The notes under the pieces are model-generated. The model made no database searches, was not told the DNA's origin, and saw only the letters and a list, made by a program, of their open reading frames with translations. This document shows positions 6,899 to 14,995 of a stretch of DNA of 24,440 nucleotides, piece by piece (positions within the stretch are counted from its first letter, which is position 1; the number at the start of each line of letters is the position of its first letter). The stretch comes from an uncultured virus (IMG/VR IMGVR_UViG_3300015610_001396) (Duplodnaviria; Heunggongvirae; Uroviricota; Caudoviricetes). The position numbers were made by a program, and so were the translations under genes. The stretch lies in IMG/VR virus record IMGVR_UViG_3300015610_001396, positions 62,001-86,440 of that record; one strand, 5' to 3'.

Positions 6899-9531
6899 GC
6901 CACCTTGTACTTCTGCATCTGCCCCAGGCGCTTGCCGATTTTGACATCTGCGTTGAGTTTCACACCGAGCCAGCCAGCGTGGGCCGTCATTGCCTGAGTA
7001 GACACCGAAATGTATTCGGCCAGTGTGGACTCATGGACGATTCCGACAACAGAGTCGTGAATAGTAACCAGGAGCCGGGCTTGAGCATTGCTATCTTGAA
7101 TCCAACGAACGATGGGGGAGAGGGCAGCAGTTGTCAGATCCGCTGCAGTGCCCTGCACGGGCATGTTCCATGTCGACCTGATGGCGGTTTCCACCAGGGG
7201 TTTGTTGGGGTCGTTTCGGTCCCCAGAGTAGGGCAGGCCGAGGTTGGGCAGCGGGCGGAACCTGGCGTCCATCCCGCGCCATTTGGTGAACGCCCCACCC
7301 TGGGCCACCCCCGCCTTGTGGCGATCGGACATCCACTCACGCAGGCGCTTGTAGCGCCCGAAGATCATGTCCGCGATGCGCTGTGCGTCTTCGCGCGTGA
7401 CGTTTTTCTTGGTCTCTGCGCTCAGGGACTTGGACAGCATGTACCCGATATTTTCGGGGATTTCGTAGATAAGAGAAAAATTGGTAATTTTGGACGCCGT
7501 GCGCTGCTCGTCGGTGAAGTTTGGGCCGTAGATCAACTCAGCAGTCGCAGAGTGGAAGTCCTTGCCGGAATTGATAATTTCAAGCATGTCAGGATCCTGT
7601 GACAGCGCTGCAGCGACACGAATCTCCACTTGGGATTGGTCAATCTCAACGAGTACCCATCCCGGAGGAGCAGCCACACAATCGCGCAGCATCTTTCCTT
7701 CGACGGTACTAGCACGAGGCCAGTTTTGGAGATTAGGCCGCTGGTAGGAAAGCCTGCCAGTTTCAGTCCCGTCCAAGAGGGCAGTTGCATGGATCTTCCC
7801 GTCAGGGCAGATGCTGTTGCGCACCCCCTCGACGTAGGTGCTGAGCATCTTGGTCAGATGGCGCCACTCAAGGATGTCGTTGACGATGGGATGCTTGGTG
7901 CGCAGGGGCTCGAGTGACTTGTCGTCAGTGGAGATACCACCTGTCTTGGTCTTGCCCTTCGGGGGTAGCCCTACCGCCTCAAGCACCTTGATGAGCTGGG
8001 GCCTGGACCCAGGGTTGAACTCTCCTCCCAAGAGGGGTGCGTAGCTTTGCAGCCGTTGCTTGACTGGATCGAGCTCGAGCTCGATGTGCGCCTGCAGCAG
8101 GTTGAGCATGTCGCGGTCGATGGGGAGACCCCACTCCTCCATCTGCGTGAGCGCATGCGTGGCAGGCATCACCACCTCGTGAAACACCAGCTGCTGCCCT
8201 GGGGTCAACTGGTCCTGCAGCTCGCGCCAGAGCTTGATGGTGGCCGCTGTATCTCGCGCGTTGTAGCGGATGCGCACGTCCTGGGGGAGCCATCGATACA
8301 CCCAGGAGTCGAGTTCTGCTTCCTTGTTGTGCATCTCCTGCAGGAGCTCCGCAGGGATGGTGTGCACGGGAATCAGCGGGGGCGTGTATGGTGGGCGCGC
8401 CTTGCCGCTAGGGGTGGGCAGCAGCGAGGTGGCGTACTTCGTCAGCTGCTTTTTGACTTCCTGCAGCGTGTCACGCGCCTCCTTCTTGTGCCCTCCCATG
8501 CCGACGTGGACAGCACAGTTGGCGAGGTCTGCCGGAGCTGTGGGGTTGATCAGCTTGCACAGCAGTCGTGTATCGGCAACATACGCCACGAGGGGCGTAA
8601 GACTCGGATCGGCTGCCAGTGCGTGCTGATCGAATTTCCCGTTGTGTGCGACCTTAGCGATAGCGTCGTCCTGCAGGAGTCGACGGAGCGTAGCCACCCC
8701 ACCATCGAACGGATCGAGTCCTTCTGTATCCCAAACAGCAGAAACAATCTGATCTCCTTCGTACCAAGACAGCGCGAGCGACACGATCTCTTGGCTGTGA
8801 AACGCAGGACGCCAGGTCTCTACGTCGACGCCCACTGTGGGCTGGTCGCTGGATAGCAGGATGTGGTCGTAAATCTCCTGCGCGTCTTCCTCTGTGACAA
8901 CAACGAAGGTATGTGCGCCGATCTGGGCTCCGTGGTGTCGCTTCCACTTCCAGTTGACCATCTTGTCGATGAGCCTGGAGAACTTGGCGCGCACCAAACG
9001 ATTGCGCGCGATGTTCACAGGATCAGGCCCAAACCAGACAGGGAGGGGGCGCTCAGGGTTGTTCAACTTGCGAATAAAAGCATATCCCCCCGTAGCTGCG
9101 TCTGGCGCCACGCCATGCCCAAGCAATGAGTAGGCAGAAAGCGACCCAAGCAGCAGGATAGCCTTGGGATTTGTACGCTCAATCGCGTGCTTGACATACT
9201 TGCGACAAGCATCGACGTGCTCTTCCTCTGCTTCAGATGTAGCGCATCCTACCGCGTGCACAAAGGCCATGGGGATGTTCGGGGCCTTCTGGCTCAGGAT
9301 GGTGCGCACGGTTTTACCAGCGTTGCTGGTAAAAGGCATGCGCGTCACGTTGTCAGCCGCGGTCGGGAGATCGGAGATGACCAGCCATCCCTGGTCCCTC
9401 CCTTCCACAGAAATACACGGGCTAATCCCGGCCCTAGATCCAAGCTCGCAGTCATTACATCCGCCATTCGGGGCAGCCGATACGATTGCGTCCAAAGGAC
9501 TGTCAGGTTCATAGATTGCGAGTTTTTTCAT
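6895..9531 (-). CDS. polA: family A DNA polymerase with N-terminal uracil-DNA-glycosylase-like domain and 3'-5' exonuclease
   Basis: UDG-like CxxC...PF...AG...C...C...PKAILLLG; exonuclease motifs DVET, HNGKFD, YNARD; TGRLS..PNLQN; motif A DQSQVEIR; motif B RTASKITNF..IY; motif C TIHDS. Confidence 0.96.
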   Translation of the reverse strand: MKKLAIYEPDSPLDAIVSAAPNGGCNDCELGSRAGISPCISVEGRDQGWLVISDLPTAADNVTRMPFTSNAGKTVRTILSQKAPNIPMAFVHAVGCATSEAEEEHVDACRKYVKHAIERTNPKAILLLGSLSAYSLLGHGVAPDAATGGYAFIRKLNNPERPLPVWFGPDPVNIARNRLVRAKFSRLIDKMVNWKWKRHHGAQIGAHTFVVVTEEDAQEIYDHILLSSDQPTVGVDVETWRPAFHSQEIVSLALSWYEGDQIVSAVWDTEGLDPFDGGVATLRRLLQDDAIAKVAHNGKFDQHALAADPSLTPLVAYVADTRLLCKLINPTAPADLANCAVHVGMGGHKKEARDTLQEVKKQLTKYATSLLPTPSGKARPPYTPPLIPVHTIPAELLQEMHNKEAELDSWVYRWLPQDVRIRYNARDTAATIKLWRELQDQLTPGQQLVFHEVVMPATHALTQMEEWGLPIDRDMLNLLQAHIELELDPVKQRLQSYAPLLGGEFNPGSRPQLIKVLEAVGLPPKGKTKTGGISTDDKSLEPLRTKHPIVNDILEWRHLTKMLSTYVEGVRNSICPDGKIHATALLDGTETGRLSYQRPNLQNWPRASTVEGKMLRDCVAAPPGWVLVEIDQSQVEIRVAAALSQDPDMLEIINSGKDFHSATAELIYGPNFTDEQRTASKITNFSLIYEIPENIGYMLSKSLSAETKKNVTREDAQRIADMIFGRYKRLREWMSDRHKAGVAQGGAFTKWRGMDARFRPLPNLGLPYSGDRNDPNKPLVETAIRSTWNMPVQGTAADLTTAALSPIVRWIQDSNAQARLLVTIHDSVVGIVHESTLAEYISVSTQAMTAHAGWLGVKLNADVKIGKRLGQMQKYKVA

Positions 9532-9551
9532 TGTGAGTTTCTAAATGACGG

Positions 9552-9581
9552 GGGGCTATTCCCATCACTAGGAATAGCCCC
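9552..9581. terminator. stem-loop (11-bp stem) between the fibre-like gene and polA; possible terminator or processing site
   Basis: GGGGCTATTCC-CATCACTA-GGAATAGCCCC; U-tract weak. Confidence 0.5.
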
Positions 9582-9610
9582 AAATTCAGGCCTGGGATGC
9601 TGGGGGTTGC

Positions 9611-10135
9611 TCAGGGAGCGATGAAGCCGAAGAGCCGCAGCTGCGCGAGCAGAGCGTTCAGCGCTGTACGCGCCTCAGCGTCCACTGTAGCGCCGCCAGC
9701 TGCGTTGGCGATTGCAGCACCGCGCCCGATGGGAGTGGCGCCGCCCATGCCGAAGTTGGTAGAGATGTTGGCATTGCCAACACTGAGGGTGTCGATGGTC
9801 GGGTTGTACGAAAACGTAGCCTCGCTTGCGAGCGAAGCTCCCCCTACGGCTCCATAGGGAACCTGACCAGCGGGAATGGCCACGCTGTTGCCCCCACCCA
9901 CCTGCCCCTCGTAATACGAGTCGTACGCGCCCGAGTACGCGGCATCGTAGGCCAGCCGGATGCCCATCATTGCACCATCGGGGGGGCGGTACCCCGATGT
10001 GCCGCCGAGCGCCGTAGCGACTTGGGCCAGGGACAGGTTGAGGTAGATGCGGCGCTGCGGGGCGATGATGCCGCGCAGGGGGGCAGGGAGCACGAAGGGC
10101 TCAGTACCCGTGTTTTCGATGATCGTCGCGGCCAT
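9611..10135 (-). CDS. putative virion head fibre/decoration protein
   Basis: G/A-rich; C-terminal AIANAAGGATVDAEARTALNALLAQLRLFGFIA resembles fibre trimerisation ends; GGAGAG RBS. Confidence 0.6.
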   Translation of the reverse strand: MAATIIENTGTEPFVLPAPLRGIIAPQRRIYLNLSLAQVATALGGTSGYRPPDGAMMGIRLAYDAAYSGAYDSYYEGQVGGGNSVAIPAGQVPYGAVGGASLASEATFSYNPTIDTLSVGNANISTNFGMGGATPIGRGAAIANAAGGATVDAEARTALNALLAQLRLFGFIAP

Positions 10136-10147
10136 GTCTGAACTCTC

Positions 10148-10306
10148 CTACGTCTGGATGAATGGCAGTAAGGGTTGCTGCCACATGCGGGAGTCTACCA
10201 TAAAACCATCTAGCCACATCTCAGCACCTACGTCCTCTGTTGTAAGACGCGGACGAGTGTATGGCCCATCAGAGAGCACCGATCCTCGGTGCTCAAAAAT
10301 CTTCAT
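10148..10306 (-). CDS. micro-ORF (52 aa, MKIFEHRGSV...)
   Basis: ATGA coupling; its TAG stop merges into the RBS of the next gene. Confidence 0.6.
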   Translation of the reverse strand: MKIFEHRGSVLSDGPYTRPRLTTEDVGAEMWLDGFMVDSRMWQQPLLPFIQT

Positions 10307-10479
10307 TGCTTTGACATCAGCCGTTGGTTTTGGCTTGTCAGGCGCGTCACTTGGCGCTCTAGCAGCTCAATCTCTTCTTTGGCATCCCTGGCTCCGTGCA
10401 GCGATCCAAAATAAAAAGCTGCAACGTGTGTGAGCAAAAGGGCGCTGCCCGCCAGAACTAGGGTGTACACGTCAACCAT
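10303..10479 (-). CDS. small membrane protein (58 aa; one TM helix plus coiled coil)
   Basis: Hydrophobic YTLVLAGSALLLTHVAAFYFG followed by heptad-like EEIELLERQVTRL. Confidence 0.65.
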   Translation of the reverse strand: MVDVYTLVLAGSALLLTHVAAFYFGSLHGARDAKEEIELLERQVTRLTSQNQRLMSKQ

Positions 10480-10481
10480 AG

Positions 10482-10553
10482 AGCTGAGGATGGGAATCGA
10501 ACCCACAACCACTGGTTTACAAAACCAGCGCTCTGCCTTTGAGCTACCTCAGC
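10482..10553 (-). tRNA. tRNA-Thr(UGU), CCA not encoded
   Basis: Acceptor GCTGAGG/CCTCAGC, TAGCTCA..GG..GAGC D-arm, CTGGT-TTTGTAA-ACCAG anticodon arm, GTGGG-TTCGATT-CCCAT T-arm. Confidence 0.95.
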
Positions 10554-10595
10554 GGGGCGTAGGCCCACACAGACAGGGCCTACTGTAGGATCAGA

Positions 10596-11444
10596 TCAGC
10601 TCTTCGGCCAGTTGCTGGTCACGAAGGCCTCGAGGCTCTTCGACATGGTGCTGGCCACCTGCTCGACCGACGAGGTGCGCAGCGCCACCACCCGCGTGTG
10701 GTTGTCGAGGAACCACTGGTGGATCTGCGGGATGGCCTGCTGCATGGTGACGCCCTTGGAGTGCGCGTCCTGCGCCAGCCAGCGGATCACGTCGCCCACG
10801 CGGGGCTTGGCCAGGATGTCGGCGGGCGGGTTGAAGCCCTGCGCGGTGTTGACAGCGGGAGCGGGTGCCGGGGTGGGCTCGAGCTCATCGTCGAACAGGC
10901 TGGCCTGGTTGTCGACGACGGCGGGTGCCGCTGCTGCCTGCGCCGGGGCGGGCGCGGGGGCTGCATCCACGGGCAGGGGGTGCTTGCGGGGGCGTCCAGG
11001 GCCACGCTTCACGGGCTCCTCGGGGGCTTCGCCGTCGCTCAGGCCCGCCATGTTCTGCGGGGGGGCCTGGGTCGGCTGCTGCTTGCGCGGGCGACCCCGC
11101 TTGGGCTTGTCGGCCTCCTCTTCCTCCTCGTCGTCAGCGATGCCGAGACGCCCCTCGCTGGCTGCCGCCGCGTAGATGCTGAACTCGGGGTCGGAGATCA
11201 GCAGCAGCGCGAAGGGGGAGGCGAGCAGGTTGGCCAGGAGCGTGCGCACGATCGACGGGACGCCCTTCACGGTGATGTTGGCCACCATCAGGTGGTTGCC
11301 GTCGTCGTCGGTGCCGAGCGTGGTCTGCGTCTCCGTCAGGTGAAGCTCGGGGCCGAGGCAGTCGAAGTGCGGGGGCAGCGTCGCAGTCTCCTCACCCTCG
11401 GGGCTGTCGTTGTCGATGATGGCGGTGGTGTTGTTTTCGGTCAT
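10596..11444 (-). CDS. AT-hook-containing DNA-binding protein
   Basis: KPKRGRPRK and KRGPGRPRK AT-hook motifs, acidic tract, P/A-rich linkers; AGGAG RBS. Confidence 0.75.
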   Translation of the reverse strand: MTENNTTAIIDNDSPEGEETATLPPHFDCLGPELHLTETQTTLGTDDDGNHLMVANITVKGVPSIVRTLLANLLASPFALLLISDPEFSIYAAAASEGRLGIADDEEEEEADKPKRGRPRKQQPTQAPPQNMAGLSDGEAPEEPVKRGPGRPRKHPLPVDAAPAPAPAQAAAAPAVVDNQASLFDDELEPTPAPAPAVNTAQGFNPPADILAKPRVGDVIRWLAQDAHSKGVTMQQAIPQIHQWFLDNHTRVVALRTSSVEQVASTMSKSLEAFVTSNWPKS

Positions 11445-11449
11445 GTTGA

Positions 11450-11779
11450 TCAGGCTCCTACGTACAGGTGAACAAGGCAGAGATGTTGAGTCATGTCACA
11501 AGCGCGGACACGACCTGAGAGGGGGACGTTCTTGGAGATGAGCACTGCCACAATGCGCGACAGATGCTTCGGAATGTAGCCGATGTGGGTGAGCTTGTTC
11601 TTCAACACAACACTCACCTTGACGGCAAACTTGTCGTACTTGTTGTCGGGCTCAGGAGTGAGCACCAACGCGTCGTCAGGTGCTGGGGCGCTCTCCAAGT
11701 TGCGAAAGCGCACCCCAGCGACCATGAACTCAGCCAGGGGCGTATCATCCACCGTCGTTTTCCTCATTTTCGTTGTCAA
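11450..11779 (-). CDS. HIRAN domain protein
   Basis: VAGVRFR...L.PEPDNKYDKFAVKV...HIGYIP signature. Confidence 0.88.
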   Translation of the reverse strand: MTTKMRKTTVDDTPLAEFMVAGVRFRNLESAPAPDDALVLTPEPDNKYDKFAVKVSVVLKNKLTHIGYIPKHLSRIVAVLISKNVPLSGRVRACDMTQHLCLVHLYVGA

Positions 11780-12062
11780 AAATCTCGTCCATAAAACGAG
11801 AGAATTTGACTACGGCGCCAAGATGCTCGAGCTGGGAACAATCAGAAGATCGCCACATTGTAGCAACCAGCCCTGTTTGATTTTCGGAAGAGAGGTCTTC
11901 CTGAGCAAGGTGTGCAATGCAGGTGATCGAGATGGGGGTCTTGTCTCCATACTTGCGCAGAAACTCACGCAGGATCGTGCTGATGGTTTCGTGGTCGGGG
12001 TCAGTTGGCGTTTGATCCCCGCCGCTTACAAGGCGCAGATGCCCCGGTCGTTTGGCTGCCAT
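11745..12062 (-). CDS. hypothetical protein (start uncertain, 12062 preferred)
   Basis: MAAKRPGHLRLVSGG...; ORF in the operon direction. Confidence 0.6.
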   Translation of the reverse strand: MAAKRPGHLRLVSGGDQTPTDPDHETISTILREFLRKYGDKTPISITCIAHLAQEDLSSENQTGLVATMWRSSDCSQLEHLGAVVKFSRFMDEIFDNENEENDGG

Positions 12063-12187
12063 GTGTAAGCGATAGCACTTCTTTTCCAATAATAGATAGA
12101 AGATGCTGCTTCGCACGCCAGCATTTTTCGGCGACTCGGCACGCTGGATAGGGCCACGCAGCTCCACCAGAGACTAAATAGCAGCAC
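12026..12187 (-). CDS. micro-ORF (53 aa, MLLFSLWWSC...)
   Basis: GTG 2 nt after the upstream stop; MLL start. Confidence 0.4.
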   Translation of the reverse strand: MLLFSLWWSCVALSSVPSRRKMLACEAASSIYYWKRSAIAYTWQPNDRGICAL

Positions 12188-12189
12188 GC

Positions 12190-12666
12190 TTATCTCCAGT
12201 GACGGGTCAGGCGGTATGCGCGATCCATCCGATCTGTAGTGATGGGATTCGCCACACAACGCCCACCCCACCCATACCACGCCAGCACATCAGCGTCCGT
12301 AGCACCAGGCCCGCATCGGTTTCGACGAATGAAGCGTAGCTGCATGAGGGCCCTCGGTGCAGCCAGCTCGATGGTGAGAGTTTCACAGCGCGGTCTACCC
12401 CAGGTGCGCCGGTGCTCGGGCATACTCTCGTACCCCCAGCACCATCGCGGGTTGGTCTGCAGCAGATTGGTCAGGCCGAACGGCGGGTAGCTGGTCAGGT
12501 GGTACCAGTTTTCCCCGTAAGCGACCACGGCGAGCAGTCGTTGTTCAGCAGGATCGGGAGTCGTGTAGGCAATGGCGTAAGCAAAACGCTTGCGGCCTTC
12601 TACGTTGCGCGGGTTGGTCAAGCCAGCCATCAGCAACATCAGACGGATGATGATTTCAGGGTTCAT
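12190..12666 (-). CDS. putative lysozyme-fold/lytic transglycosylase-like protein
   Basis: LLAVVAYGEN (candidate catalytic Glu at helix end), FGL, and LAWYGWG resembling the SLT AxYNxG motif; hydrophobic N-terminus. Confidence 0.45.
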   Translation of the reverse strand: MNPEIIIRLMLLMAGLTNPRNVEGRKRFAYAIAYTTPDPAEQRLLAVVAYGENWYHLTSYPPFGLTNLLQTNPRWCWGYESMPEHRRTWGRPRCETLTIELAAPRALMQLRFIRRNRCGPGATDADVLAWYGWGGRCVANPITTDRMDRAYRLTRHWR

Positions 12667-13054
12667 TGGTGATGAGTTTTCCGAATGCCTCGATGCGGCG
12701 TTGGTAGGTACCGAGATCCTTGTGCATCTGCTCGATGGTATCTCGGTATTTTCGAGCCGCCTTCTCCATTCCCATGTGCTGGGCGAGGATGGCTCGAGGT
12801 GGCCAGAACCAGGGAGAGCTCCCTTTGTTCTGTTGTGCTTCTGTCTGAATCTGAGCCCCGTTTTCCATGGAAATCACTACGATTGAGCGATCATCCATGC
12901 GCACAGAGAACGTGCGGCTGTCGGCCCCAACGACAATACCAACCTTGGTTGACATTGCCTCGGGACCGCAGGAAGTAGACGGGTATCCCGGCACCTTCAC
13001 GAGCAGAACGCGAGACTGGATTGCAGGCACATCGGACTTGTAGCGCACCTGCAT
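12656..13054 (-). CDS. hypothetical protein (132 aa)
   Basis: ORF abutting its neighbours; C-terminal coiled coil. Confidence 0.7.
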   Translation of the reverse strand: MQVRYKSDVPAIQSRVLLVKVPGYPSTSCGPEAMSTKVGIVVGADSRTFSVRMDDRSIVVISMENGAQIQTEAQQNKGSSPWFWPPRAILAQHMGMEKAARKYRDTIEQMHKDLGTYQRRIEAFGKLITNEP

Positions 13055-13063
13055 AGCGCTCGC

Positions 13064-13330
13064 TCAGATCGAGTTGACGATCTCGTTGGGGACCAGGCTG
13101 TAAACCGCAGCGCGGCCCTGGTGCGTGACCTCCACCAGCCCGTTGTCACGGAGGATCTTGAGCATCTGGCTCACACCAGCCGGCTCCATGTTCATCTTCT
13201 TGGCGAGATCGGTCAGGCGCAGCCCTTCGGGGCTGTCGCGCAGGTTGAGCAGCACCAGGGCCCGCTTGGGGCTCGAGATGGCGCGGATGCGCTTGATGTT
13301 GGTGGTCTGCGCGCGTGTCAGCTTCTTCAT
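13064..13330 (-). CDS. ArsR/SmtB-like winged-HTH transcriptional regulator
   Basis: SSPKR..VLL.L....LTDLA..M......VSQMLKILRDNGLV....QGR...YSL; AGGAG RBS. Confidence 0.85.
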   Translation of the reverse strand: MKKLTRAQTTNIKRIRAISSPKRALVLLNLRDSPEGLRLTDLAKKMNMEPAGVSQMLKILRDNGLVEVTHQGRAAVYSLVPNEIVNSI

Positions 13331-13333
13331 GTT

Positions 13334-14161
13334 TCACAGCTCCTGTAGGGACTTCAGTGCCAGGTCATACACGACCTGAGCGGGTAGATCGTCCGGGTCC
13401 AGTGTTGGTGGCAACCGAACGGATGCAGCTTTCTTACCATGTAGCCTGAGCATCATTGCGCTTGCAAGGCCTTTGACCCAGGCATCACCATCGAGCACAA
13501 ACACCACGTCGTCTTTGGCGTTAGCCAGCAACTCCAGGTGCTTGTGGGAGGGGCTACCTAGCACAGCCACAGCATGCGGCCAGAGATAGATAGCATCTAG
13601 CCAACCCTCTACAACCAAAATCGGAGAATGTTCACATTTCTGCAATCTGTCCGCGTTGAACAGCACCTGACCCCTGCGCATTCCAGGGGGGTATAGGTAG
13701 CTGCGGTCGCTGGGCAGGACGCTGCGCGCAACCCACCCCTCCATCCTGCCGCTGTTGATGATGGGAAGTATCAGACGCCCACGATATGGCCCCGTGTCAC
13801 AAAAACCCACGAATAGGGGCTCCCATAGATCCTCAGGAATCTGGCGTTTGTGAGCGTAGTTAGTATAAGCCCGAAACCGCTTCGATACGCCGTGAAGAGG
13901 TTGGTATGCAGCGGGCAGCGGGATCTCTGTGATGAAGCTGTCAGGATCATCCTGCGGGGACCAATCGCGCTGGTTGTTGGGGTAGACCTGCCCGTAGCTG
14001 TCGCAGCGAAAGCACTTGTACAGGTTCTTGTCTAGGTCGACCCAGAGCGCCAGCTTCTTGTCTTTGCGGTGGTTGCGCAGCTCGCATCGAGGGCACCTGG
14101 TGTTGAACTTGGTACGCCCGGCTGCATGCTGCAGGATGTGCTGCCGGATCAAGTTGCTCAT
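13334..14161 (-). CDS. dnaG: DNA primase (zinc finger plus TOPRIM)
   Basis: CPRC...YKCFRC zinc ribbon, GRLILPI...GWVAR, VVEGWLDA, LDGDA, DPDD; start MSNLIRQ at 14161 overlaps the upstream TGA. Confidence 0.9.
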   Translation of the reverse strand: MSNLIRQHILQHAAGRTKFNTRCPRCELRNHRKDKKLALWVDLDKNLYKCFRCDSYGQVYPNNQRDWSPQDDPDSFITEIPLPAAYQPLHGVSKRFRAYTNYAHKRQIPEDLWEPLFVGFCDTGPYRGRLILPIINSGRMEGWVARSVLPSDRSYLYPPGMRRGQVLFNADRLQKCEHSPILVVEGWLDAIYLWPHAVAVLGSPSHKHLELLANAKDDVVFVLDGDAWVKGLASAMMLRLHGKKAASVRLPPTLDPDDLPAQVVYDLALKSLQEL

Positions 14162-14739
14162 CAGTCGTCTGGGTGGGCGATGTGATCTGCGAACGGAGCC
14201 AGCTTGCTGAGCGCGTGATCTACGATGTGCTGGATGCGCTGCTGCGTGCAGCCCAGGAGCTCTGCGATCACAGTGTATGGCGTGACGGTATCCGCAGGTT
14301 GATCGTCCACGAACGCCAGTACACAAGTGTATGAAAAATGCTCAAGGTCGGGCACGTATGGCTCGTCAGCTCGCGGGTGAATGATGTTGATGGTCGCCAT
14401 ACGGGGCTTACCGGGCCTGTATTTGCCTTCACGTACATTGCTCGCCATGTGGTGCTTGCACCGGAGGTAGGTACACGGAACTTCCTTGGTACCGCGCCGC
14501 GCCTCTTGGCATTCGCCGTAGGTTGCAGGGAGCGGCCCCAGCGCCTCTGGGGTAGCGGTGGGGTCTTTGTAAACGGGGAGGAAGAACCGTTTGTCGACGC
14601 GCACGGGGTCGATCGTGACGGTCTTCGGGCGAGCACGCTTCCTGTGTCGGATCACTTTGGCACCGTCCAGTATGTTGCGAGTGGTTTGTACGCGCGGGCC
14701 GCTTCGACTCCTGCGGGCGTACCGATCAGCACGTTGCAC
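14161..14739 (-). CDS. Cys/His metal-binding protein with C-terminal sigma-70 region-4-like HTH
   Basis: P.TY.EC...PC.Y.RCKHH...TC.L followed by IAELLGCTQQRIQHIVDHALSKL. Confidence 0.7.
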   Translation of the reverse strand: MQRADRYARRSRSGPRVQTTRNILDGAKVIRHRKRARPKTVTIDPVRVDKRFFLPVYKDPTATPEALGPLPATYGECQEARRGTKEVPCTYLRCKHHMASNVREGKYRPGKPRMATINIIHPRADEPYVPDLEHFSYTCVLAFVDDQPADTVTPYTVIAELLGCTQQRIQHIVDHALSKLAPFADHIAHPDD

Positions 14740-14975
14740 TTTCGGAGCATCCCTCGGTAGGCATCCAAAGGTGACGAATGCAGCGCCACAACCACGTTTG
14801 CACGCGCACCGTTTTGCGTAGGAGCTGAGTGATCGGTTTGATTGGGCGTCGGATACCCATGTACGACCAGCCTCTTACAAGGTACATCTATGGGATTTCC
14901 CATTAGCAAATGAAGCTCCTGGCAGTCAAGGAGCTCGATAAGGCCTTTTGCGATTTCCAGCTGGTCGCGCCTCAT
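14652..14975 (-). CDS. hypothetical protein (start uncertain)
   Basis: Open frame between the helicase and the sigma4-like gene. Confidence 0.5.
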   Translation of the reverse strand: MRRDQLEIAKGLIELLDCQELHLLMGNPIDVPCKRLVVHGYPTPNQTDHSAPTQNGARANVVVALHSSPLDAYRGMLRKCNVLIGTPAGVEAARAYKPLATYWTVPK

Positions 14976-14995
14976 GCTGCCAAGCAGCACACCAA

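Noticed and set aside
14162..14326. N-terminal extension of the primase in the ORF track
   Set aside because: Overlaps the sigma4-like gene; ATG at 14161 is coupled to that gene's stop and directly precedes the zinc finger
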